DNA from: a bacterium
GTDB lineage: Bacteria > RBG-13-61-14 > DATKZS01
Reading direction: 5' to 3'
Assembly: GCA_963674965.2 (NCBI GenBank)
Contig: CAXXFL010000005.1
Span: 384,001-448,000, forward strand
DNA: 64,000 nt
Shown: piece by piece, positions 39,989 to 47,925 of the stretch
Layout: every line of letters begins with the position of its first letter
Numbering within the stretch: position 1 is the first letter of the stretch
Translations under genes and position numbers: made by a program
Notes under the pieces: generated by a model
What the model was told of the DNA's origin: nothing
The model's input: the letters and a program-made list of their open reading frames with translations, nothing else
Databases searched by the model: none

Positions 39989-41899
39989 ATGATTAATTCA
40001 AGAGCCTTAAGGAATGCCGTAATATTTACAGTCGCGGCTATTATAGGGGCCTTTTATGAGCCAAGTCACGCCTCGGCCCAACTCAACCTCACGTTATTGG
40101 GATCATACGACACTTCGGGGACTGCCTTCGACGTTTCCGTTGCCGGAAATTACGCGTACGTGGCTGATTCCCGGGATGGACTTCTGATTATTGACATATC
40201 TGATCCGACAAGCCCCAGTTTGGTCGGCAACTACGAAGCCGGGACAAAGGGTGTTTATATTTCAGGAGAATACGCTTACGTTACGCAGCCCTTGTTGCGA
40301 CTTTACATCATTGATATATCGGAACCCATCAGTCCCACGTTAAAGGGAAGCTATCGTCTTGGCGATATTGTCAATGACGTTTTTGTTTCCAATAATTACG
40401 CCTACGTTGCTTGTAGCGATTCAGGCCTCTTCATCGTCGACGTTTCCAATCCGAGCAGTCCAAGCCTAATTGGGTTCTATGATACTTCCGGAAGCGCCTA
40501 TGACGTATACGTGGAGGGGAGTTACGCCTATGTCGCGGATTACAATACGGGACTGCATATTATTGACGTCTCCGATCCCGCCTCGCCGTTCAGGGTCGGC
40601 TTGTTCGATACAACGGGCGCGGAGCAAAGCGTGCGCGTTGTTAGTGACTATGCATATCTCGCGGCCTATGGCTATGGCTTTGTAGTCCTCAACGTCTCCG
40701 ATCCATCGGCGCCCTACCAAGTTGGAATAAATGAACAGGTTCTTAACGCTCACGGCCTTGAAGTATTAAACGAGTACGTTTTCGTGGCGGATGACTCTAA
40801 AGGTATTAAAGTCGTTGACGTGTCAGACCCCACGAGTCCGACTATAATTGGGGAGCACGAGAATTCAGGTAACGCTTATAGAGTTGACGCGTCTTTTAGC
40901 CACGCCTTCTTAGCTGACGGCGGAGCCGGCCTGTTGATATTTGCCTTTGATGACGGCGACGGTGACGGCCTTCCCGATCCATGGGAGGACGCCCATGAAT
41001 GCATGATGGCCAGCACCGTTGACGACGGCTATGATTACGATGAGGACGCTTTGGATAATTACGGTGAATATGTTTCCGGGACCGACCCATGTGATTGGGA
41101 CACCGACGGCGACGCGCTTCCGGACGGATTCGAGGTCGAGAACTCGGTGGGGCATGGGGACGCGGGGCTGGACCCGCTTTGCTCGGACGACGGCTTGGGC
41201 GAGGACTTTGACGGCGACGGGATCGAGAACTCGCATGAGTACTATAACGGAACGGATATATGGTCCGTTGACGTTACTGGCGGGGCTTCCTGCTACAGTT
41301 GGGGTGACTCGGGCGACCCGGTGGCCGCTGACGGCGTCGTGTCCCCACTGGACGCGGCGGCTTTAATGAACAGGATAGTCGGCAACGACGTTTCCTACTC
41401 GGGCGCGCTGCCTCCAAACGGTGACGGCCAGCGCTTAATGGGGGACCCTTTGGGAGTATCGCCCTTGGATTTATCTCTCCTGATGTCCATGATCAGCGGT
41501 AACGATTCGGCCGCGAACCCCACCACACCGACCGACCTGGTGGTGGAAGGAAACATTTTATCGAGCGTGGAGGAGGGATCGACGGAGCGAGTGACGGTGA
41601 GCGTTGTCAACTCCTCGGCCATCGGCTACACCTCGTCTATAGGGGTGGTATTTGAGATCGACCCGGCCTCGACCGGCGCGGCCACCCTCCTCGGCGGCGA
41701 GGGCCCGAGCGGGACGGGGCGTTACGACGTGTCCGGGGCCATGGACTCGGGCGGCCTCTCGTCCATCGTCGTCCGGGTCGATGCCCCCGGCATGATCTAC
41801 CTCAACGCGACTCTCCCGCCCTGCGGCGACCAGTCGGGGAAGGGGAGGTATTGTCCGGAAATCGAGAAAGCGCCGGCGGTGACGATAGTGGGGTATTGA
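39989..41899 (+). CDS. Secreted LVIVD-repeat protein with the same C-terminal module
   Basis: Signal peptide, LVIVD repeats, one TSP3-like unit, shared 267-aa tail. Confidence 0.9.
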   Translation: MINSRALRNAVIFTVAAIIGAFYEPSHASAQLNLTLLGSYDTSGTAFDVSVAGNYAYVADSRDGLLIIDISDPTSPSLVGNYEAGTKGVYISGEYAYVTQPLLRLYIIDISEPISPTLKGSYRLGDIVNDVFVSNNYAYVACSDSGLFIVDVSNPSSPSLIGFYDTSGSAYDVYVEGSYAYVADYNTGLHIIDVSDPASPFRVGLFDTTGAEQSVRVVSDYAYLAAYGYGFVVLNVSDPSAPYQVGINEQVLNAHGLEVLNEYVFVADDSKGIKVVDVSDPTSPTIIGEHENSGNAYRVDASFSHAFLADGGAGLLIFAFDDGDGDGLPDPWEDAHECMMASTVDDGYDYDEDALDNYGEYVSGTDPCDWDTDGDALPDGFEVENSVGHGDAGLDPLCSDDGLGEDFDGDGIENSHEYYNGTDIWSVDVTGGASCYSWGDSGDPVAADGVVSPLDAAALMNRIVGNDVSYSGALPPNGDGQRLMGDPLGVSPLDLSLLMSMISGNDSAANPTTPTDLVVEGNILSSVEEGSTERVTVSVVNSSAIGYTSSIGVVFEIDPASTGAATLLGGEGPSGTGRYDVSGAMDSGGLSSIVVRVDAPGMIYLNATLPPCGDQSGKGRYCPEIEKAPAVTIVGY

Positions 41900-42171
41900 C
41901 GAGGCCGAAAAAGGTGGCCCGACCGGTTTTTCAAAAACCGGCCGGGACCGGCGAAGCCGGATAGGTGCAAGAGCAAGATGACCCAGAACGGTGGAAAGAT
42001 GAGGTTTCGCGGAGAGCCGTGGTTGCCTACCCATCCCGCTTCGCGGGGAGCCGTGACCCGCTCGCTACGCTCGCCCATATAGCGGGGTCTAGACGTTACT
42101 TGTATTTTAAGACCCGACCGCTGGTTACCCGTTTCCCGCTAAAGGCTCGAGCCCGGCGGAGGAGGCCATAA

Positions 42172-43446
42172 TTAACCCGCGCCTATGTAGTTCTTTTCGA
42201 AATCAAGCGACGCCTCGGCCTCGAAGTCGATGCATAAAACGTAGCCGATCCCCATGGCGTCCTTGAAGGGGGTCGAGAGGGTCACGCAACGGACGCCCGT
42301 GGCCAGGGAGATATAGGGCCTTGAGACGTAGCGCGGCTGGCCGTTCTTGACCGCCATGAAGTATTCCTTGAGGGAGAGGTCGGCGCGTTTTTGCGCGGGC
42401 CGGTATATTCGTTTTCTCTTTCCCGCGAGCGGGCGCTTGCTGAAGACCGTATCCGTAACCTGTATCCCCGCGTCATCCAGGATGTACACGCACTGGATAC
42501 CCGTGTTCTTCCTGACGATCATGGCCGCGGCCTCGTCGAAGTCCACCCATTTATACGACTCGAGGAGAGGAATTATCTTATCGGCCACGCGGGAATACTT
42601 ATGCATGCGCGCCCGCTCGATGATTGATTTATCCCGTCTTAATTCCTTGAACCGGTTCGCGATTTCCGCCGATCTTTTGCCGGTCCTTTCGGGCACGTCC
42701 GTTCCCGCTGAAAAGGGCAGGCCGAAAAAGAACCCCTGCAGTATATCGGCCCCCAAATCGAGACACCTTATGGCCTCCTCCTCCCTTTCCACGCCCAGGG
42801 CCACGACCAAGGCGCCAACGCGATGGGACATGCCCGCCAGTCCCCGGAAAATTTCCCCCTTGCGAGCGCTTCCGTCGATTCCCCGAACGACTTCCATGTC
42901 AATCTTGACCACGTCGGGTTTTAGCGAAAATACGCGATCGATGCTGGACGTCACGGATCCCGCGCCGGACAGGGCGATCAAAAACCCCTGGCGCCGTATC
43001 TTTTTGGCAAACTCGATCAGGGCGTCGGCGCTCTCCACCCCTGACTCGGCGACTTCGATGGCCACTCGGCCCGGATCTATGCCCATCCGCTCGACGTCCT
43101 CCAGGATCGGGATGGAACCGGCCCCGCCCTCATCCAGTTGGGACGCCTCGAAATTCAGAAAAAGGGCGACCTCGGGAATCGAATTGGCCAGCGACTTAAA
43201 ACCTTCAAGTACCTTTTGGCGAAAAATCCCGTCAAGATCTGACCTTTCCTCCTCGGTTCGCGAAAAGGCGAAGGCCCGGTCGGCGCCGATCGGCTTGACT
43301 CCATTATGGACTCTGCAAAACCCTTCCAGTCCCATCAGGGTTTGATCGCTCATGGAAATCATTTCCTGAAAAAATACCTCCACCGTCGACTCCGTGAGCA
43401 GACGATCCAATGACGCGCCGCCGTCGTCCAAGCCCGGTTCGAGCAT
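42172..43446 (-). CDS. Degenerate EAL domain plus C-terminal YkuI_C/Cache-like domain
   Basis: FQEM, LFLN, KID, GVE and LQGF retained; EAL is EGF, DDFG is SGAG; C-terminal YVSRPYISLATG..CVTLS. Confidence 0.85.
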   Translation of the reverse strand: MLEPGLDDGGASLDRLLTESTVEVFFQEMISMSDQTLMGLEGFCRVHNGVKPIGADRAFAFSRTEEERSDLDGIFRQKVLEGFKSLANSIPEVALFLNFEASQLDEGGAGSIPILEDVERMGIDPGRVAIEVAESGVESADALIEFAKKIRRQGFLIALSGAGSVTSSIDRVFSLKPDVVKIDMEVVRGIDGSARKGEIFRGLAGMSHRVGALVVALGVEREEEAIRCLDLGADILQGFFFGLPFSAGTDVPERTGKRSAEIANRFKELRRDKSIIERARMHKYSRVADKIIPLLESYKWVDFDEAAAMIVRKNTGIQCVYILDDAGIQVTDTVFSKRPLAGKRKRIYRPAQKRADLSLKEYFMAVKNGQPRYVSRPYISLATGVRCVTLSTPFKDAMGIGYVLCIDFEAEASLDFEKNYIGAG

Positions 43447-43524
43447 TGTCCTCCTCCTTCTCGCGTATTTTCCTTATCTCGCCTCGCCAATGGCGTTATG
43501 CATAATAAAGTTTACAGTAGAGCT

Positions 43525-43540
43525 ATCATAAATCGTGCCA
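43525..43540 (-). promoter_or_regulatory. Possible sigma-54 promoter for the EAL gene
   Basis: TGGCACG-ATTT-ATGAT; perfect -24, but -12 has GA instead of GC. Confidence 0.35.
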
Positions 43541-43852
43541 TAGGCCATGTTTTTTTTAACTAGGGGTATTTACTAGGCATTACGGCTTTTTAAATTATCT
43601 CTTCTTTGACGTTTCCATACAAAAATGTTATTATAAGTATATTATATTACAATATTGTAGGAGAAGATCGGGAGAAAAAGGGGCGATGCGCGCCTTAAAT
43701 ATCCGCCGTAACCGCAGTTTTTTTCAGAAGCACAAGCTACGGCCGAAAGAGTAAAGGAGGGCCTCATGGAACTAGAAAAATGACATTGACTTTATAATGG
43801 GAGCGGGGTTGTGTCTGTTGAAAATGATCGGGACGCGCATAGAATGTCTATA

Positions 43853-44983
43853 TTACATGTTGTTGCGCTGTTTGCGGACTTGTTCGAGTGAAACGACATT
43901 TTCATCAGTTGTTGATATGTCTTCTATACCAAGTTCAATCCCAAATTTTTTAAAAATGCTCGGCTTTAAATGCAAATATTTAGCTATTTGAACTGGAGTA
44001 GTACCCTTTTGACGAAGCAAGGCAAACCCCATAGGTATAATTTCAGGTTTTTCATATTCGAGATATTGTTCACCAGGTTCATTAGTTCTCCAACCTTTTT
44101 TATTTATATAGATGCAACTGTTTCTGTAATCTACAGCACTGATCAGTTTTAAATCATAGGCCCTTCTAATAATTGCTTGCAAGCTTACGCCCCATCTAGA
44201 TTTCATTTGTATTAGTTTTTCCCAGCTAGTTCTCTTAGATTTTGGAAATTCCCGTTGAAATGAAATTGCCGGTAACAGGAAAGCACTAGCGAAATGGTTA
44301 GCTTCATCTTCTAATTCAGGATTGTCAGCATCAAGATCTTGATGTAAAACCAAATGACCAAGCTCATGGGCTAGATCAAATCTTGCTCTTGATATACTTT
44401 CTTTATTGTCATTCCTAACAACAATTGGGCGATCGTAATAATAGGAAAATGCGTCTATTTTATCGGACACACCTTCAAAAGTAGTTACAATGCCACCATA
44501 GTTTTCAATAATACGCACAACATTGTGTATGGGCGCATCGGACGTTAAGCCCCAATCTATTCTGCATTGTTCTGAGACTTCTTCGATATTTTTTAAGTTT
44601 TTCACTGTTGATCCAGTAATGATATCTTCTGGAAGTTCAAGCATAGAGTTGAAGAACTCTACTAGCCAATTGAATATTGTCCCATATGCGAGAGCCGTTT
44701 TTTGTGTGCGAAGAGGCGTGGTTTTCCTTTTACGAAAATGACATACTTCTTCTGGAACCTCTCCCCGAATCGGGGAATAAAAGAAAGTTGGCTCCACAAG
44801 CAGAATTTCTGATAACACCGCGATCATATCATTAGAGGGATAAGTATTTGGGTCCGTCTCAAGACGTTGAAGATATTGCCGGCTGACAGATATCATTTGG
44901 CCTAATTGGGCTAATGTATAGTTTTGTAATGAACGGGCAAACTTTAATTTTGAACCATAAAATGTCCTGTTATTTTTCTCCAT
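43853..44983 (-). CDS. XRE-HTH plus ImmA/IrrE Zn-metallopeptidase (RmrA-like antitoxin candidate)
   Basis: LKFARSLQNYTLAQLG..VSRQYL HTH; RARFDLAHELGHLVLH; EDEANHFASAFLLP; AT-rich. Confidence 0.88.
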   Translation of the reverse strand: MEKNNRTFYGSKLKFARSLQNYTLAQLGQMISVSRQYLQRLETDPNTYPSNDMIAVLSEILLVEPTFFYSPIRGEVPEEVCHFRKRKTTPLRTQKTALAYGTIFNWLVEFFNSMLELPEDIITGSTVKNLKNIEEVSEQCRIDWGLTSDAPIHNVVRIIENYGGIVTTFEGVSDKIDAFSYYYDRPIVVRNDNKESISRARFDLAHELGHLVLHQDLDADNPELEDEANHFASAFLLPAISFQREFPKSKRTSWEKLIQMKSRWGVSLQAIIRRAYDLKLISAVDYRNSCIYINKKGWRTNEPGEQYLEYEKPEIIPMGFALLRQKGTTPVQIAKYLHLKPSIFKKFGIELGIEDISTTDENVVSLEQVRKQRNNM

Positions 44984-45566
44984 TATCGGCTGTCCCTTCT
45001 TTTATACCATTTTGAAGGCGAACAGTGGGCTTTTTCAGAGGCACTGAGTCAGGAATTGTATGTTGAGGTTCTGAATATTCATCATCAAAAATTGGAATAA
45101 TCCAAGGATGTCGAGCAGTGCCATACTCATCAAATTGGGCAATGGTAATTCGGTCCACTTTGCCATCACTGAATGTATCAACTGCAATTCGCCAAACCAA
45201 AGGCCTATCATCTTCTTCGAATAGCCACATCTGCCTAGCTTCAATTTCAGGATGCTTCATCTGTAAACGACGGGAAGAAGGATTTTCAAGGCTACCACTG
45301 TAAAAACGAATGGGGATTTGATTGACAAGTATTAATAAGTACAAGTTTTCCCTCTTCACCTCAAGCCACTCGAGGTTTTTAGCTTCTGAGCTTATCTTGT
45401 TTATTGTCCGTTCATATATTCGACACCCAAGGCTCCATGCCCCGTCGCCATCTTGAGGCTCATGTAGCATAATCGCCTTGTGCCGCACGTCTCTCATAAT
45501 ACTGGCAAGCTTCCGCAAGCATTCAGGTTTCAGTCCTTCATTCAGTTCCCATGGCTTCTTTTGCAT
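44970..45566 (-). CDS. Hypothetical protein, RmrT-like toxin candidate
   Basis: GGAGG RBS; overlaps the peptidase gene by 14 bp; same AT-rich composition. Confidence 0.7.
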   Translation of the reverse strand: MQKKPWELNEGLKPECLRKLASIMRDVRHKAIMLHEPQDGDGAWSLGCRIYERTINKISSEAKNLEWLEVKRENLYLLILVNQIPIRFYSGSLENPSSRRLQMKHPEIEARQMWLFEEDDRPLVWRIAVDTFSDGKVDRITIAQFDEYGTARHPWIIPIFDDEYSEPQHTIPDSVPLKKPTVRLQNGIKEGTADNGEK

Positions 45567-45611
45567 GAAATAAAGCCTCCTTCATTAAACATTTAAGTAC
45601 AAAACAAGAAT

Positions 45612-45665
45612 ATTATAGCATGATTCTAAATTTTGTCAACCGAAATATTATTAGTCAACCGAAAA
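45612..45665 (-). promoter_or_regulatory. Sigma-70 promoter with overlapping direct-repeat operator
   Basis: Minus strand TTGACA (45634-45639)-N16-TATAAT (45612-45617); GTCAACCGAAA occurs twice, overlapping and upstream of -35. Confidence 0.6.
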
Positions 45666-45944
45666 CATTTTTTGCCCATCGCAGGTAAAAATAATTATAT
45701 TAAATATCAGCGAGTTGGATAGATTAGTATGACTAAGTACGGACAAAAGGTGACACGCAACCATATAAACATGAAAGAGGGCCGTCCTCCAAGACATTTT
45801 AAGGTATAACCGTAAACCAAAGGGCTGCAATTCATCGCCCCAACAGATAATTCATATATGAAACAAATTGTCAACCCAGAACTGTCCCGTCCTCCAGTTG
45901 CTAAAGCTTTTTCTTTTTATTCCATCTTCCGGCGGAAAAGGGGG

Positions 45945-46193
45945 AATAAAAAAAAGAGGAAAACCTCTCGATTTGCCTCTTTTTCTAACCTCGATAAAAC
46001 CATGGGCGAAGGCGCACGTAGTAAGGATCCTGTAACAGATGTCTGGCAAGGGTCCACTGGGGGTGTGGTTGGTCGCGTGATCGGCAATTACCCGCTACAG
46101 GGGTTGATCAGCTAATAACATTACCCCCACCCATGGTTCATCGAAATTGTCAGAGAGCTTACCGTTTTCCGCCGCCAAGGTAGCCCTCAGTCG
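45945..46193 (-). ncRNA. Candidate structured non-coding RNA (~250 nt), family unknown
   Basis: Nested long stems whose mismatches are G-U only on the minus strand; upstream promoter and downstream terminator. Confidence 0.55.
45948..45984 (-). terminator. Intrinsic terminator ending the candidate RNA
   Basis: Minus strand AAAAAGAGG...CCTCTTTTTTTT. Confidence 0.55.
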
Positions 46194-46199
46194 GATTGC

Positions 46200-46248
46200 A
46201 ACATACCACATGTTGGGGTCATGTCAAGAAAAAAACTAAATATAGAGG
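46200..46248 (-). promoter_or_regulatory. Promoter bracketed by two NrdR-box-like sites
   Basis: Minus strand TTGACA-N16-TATGTT with extended TG; ATACCACATGTTGGGG (46203-46218) and AAACTAAATATAGAGG (46233-46248) fit the C-A-AT-T-G core of acaCwAtATaTwGtgt. Confidence 0.5.
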
Positions 46249-46330
46249 ACGTTTTTTTATACATCCTTTTAAGTAGTTGATATATATGAAAAATGACCGA
46301 TTTTAAATGTAATACAGATTACAATTTAAT

Positions 46331-47341
46331 CTAAAGCAGCGCCAAACCAACGAATATCAAGAGCACTAAGGGCGATAATCCAGCCGCTTTTAACAATAAT
46401 CCGCTCTCCGAATCGAACAGGTTACCCGCTTCCTCAGGACTTATCGCAACGCCCAAACCGAATAACGACATGACCGACAAAACCAGAATCGCCATGCCCC
46501 ACCTCGGCGCTATTCCGGGCGAGCGCTCGGGAAGAAGGTCCGAATAAAGCATGTACCGGTCCGCCACCCGCTTATGTAATAGAAGTATCAGGGAAGGGGC
46601 CAATATGACTGAAACCAAAAGGTTATTGGCCAACACCCAGGGGCCGAAAACTCGAAAGGGCACGAACCCGAGAAGCTCGATCCCATAGCCTAGTATCCCG
46701 GCCAGGGCGGTCGAGGCCACGAATATCACCAGCACCAGCTTGAGGGGAGAGAAGACAATGAAAAGCACCGACCCTCCGGCCAGGGTAAAGATAATGGCTA
46801 TAAGGATGATCGAGCCGGCCAGTCCCAGGCCGACCTTCTCCTCGCCCGTGCCCCATTTGAAGAAATCCTCGACGCTTATAATACCGGCCCCGTTGGCCAG
46901 ATAGGCGCCTACCGCGCCCAGGACGAAAAGACCCGCCAGGATAAGGCCGATGACCTTTTTATCGACCAGGCGGGCGGGGATTCTCCCGCGCCATCCCCTT
47001 AGCTCCTCTCCCACGTCCTTACCGCCGGTCATGGCCTCCCACATCTTGTAAGGGACGTAGCCGTAAACGAAATTGGCCGCGAACCCGAACAAGGACCCCG
47101 GCCCGAACATGCCCCCCAGCATGTCGCCCACCACGTTGCCGAAGGCGGCGCCCCAGGCCCCGGCCGGACCGAAAAACAAGGAGAACAGGACGGGCAAAAC
47201 CGCCGCCGGCCTGACCTCGGCAAGTCCCGGAAAGATGACCAGGACCTTGAAAGGCAGTAAAGCGGCCGTATATACCGCCGCGCAGACCGCCACCAGCACC
47301 ACCATCCTCGGCTCACGCCACATGGTTACAGCGTCCTTCAT
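46331..47341 (-). CDS. QueT-like ECF transporter S-component (long form)
   Basis: Start MKDAVTMW; EVRPA..LPV..SL.FGPAGAWGAAFGN..GD; many TM segments. Confidence 0.7.
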   Translation of the reverse strand: MKDAVTMWREPRMVVLVAVCAAVYTAALLPFKVLVIFPGLAEVRPAAVLPVLFSLFFGPAGAWGAAFGNVVGDMLGGMFGPGSLFGFAANFVYGYVPYKMWEAMTGGKDVGEELRGWRGRIPARLVDKKVIGLILAGLFVLGAVGAYLANGAGIISVEDFFKWGTGEEKVGLGLAGSIILIAIIFTLAGGSVLFIVFSPLKLVLVIFVASTALAGILGYGIELLGFVPFRVFGPWVLANNLLVSVILAPSLILLLHKRVADRYMLYSDLLPERSPGIAPRWGMAILVLSVMSLFGLGVAISPEEAGNLFDSESGLLLKAAGLSPLVLLIFVGLALL

Positions 47342-47584
47342 GGAAACCTCCAGAATATGTATTACCGCCGGTGGCTTATTGTAACATCCGGGTTTTGACA
47401 TTTGAAGCCGGGAAAATCCCGACTCCCTTCGGCTACGCCATATTTTTGCTTTCTCGGAAAAGCTCGCGATTTACAAAATTTCTCGAAACTTTTTGAGAGT
47501 TCGGGCGTTCTAACATGGATACCGGGCAGTAAGCCTTTAAAAGAAAGAATGATATCCAGAACGAAGCGAAATTTACATTCACCA

Positions 47585-47770
47585 GAGCTTCTTGCAAAAG
47601 TACTTTTCTTTGCGGCATAGCCGCTTTGGAGTGCGGTCGCTTGAGACCGCTTTCGAGGGCCTTGGCTTGACAAGGCCTATTAATACACCGGCTTGCCTCG
47701 CGTCAAGCCGCTCGGAAGAAAAGCGGCGTCGAGCCGCCGCACTCCAAAGCGGGAATTTTGCAAGAGGCTC
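47585..47770 (-). mobile_element. 186-bp MITE copy 2, intact and inverted
   Basis: GAGCTTCTTGCAAAA...TTTTGCAAGAGGCTC TIRs; ACCA direct repeats at 47581-47584 and 47771-47774. Confidence 0.88.
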
Positions 47771-47925
47771 ACCACTAAAAGACATTTTCCCGCGTTATAA
47801 GTCGCCTTGATCGCGACCGTTGGTATATAATTGGCTTTAAGAGATGGCTTAGCGGCCGACGCCGCCCGGACCCAGGTTGTGGCCCGGGTGAAGGGTTTTT
47901 CGCCGATAAATAAGGGAGGCCATAT

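Noticed and set aside
39074-41899. DGR template/variable repeat pair
   Set aside because: In the part I compared, differences are mostly third-position and not adenine-specific; both copies are coding; no reverse transcriptase in the window
45930-46193. Retron msr-msd, tmRNA, RNase P or SRP RNA identity
   Set aside because: No RT in the window and hallmark sequences are absent; 6S RNA is not excluded by shape, but I do not see its conserved motifs
47362-47810. Short ORFs across MITE copies (also 18603-18791, 62849-63101, 63630-63983)
   Set aside because: Translations of the repeat, with inconsistent ends among copies
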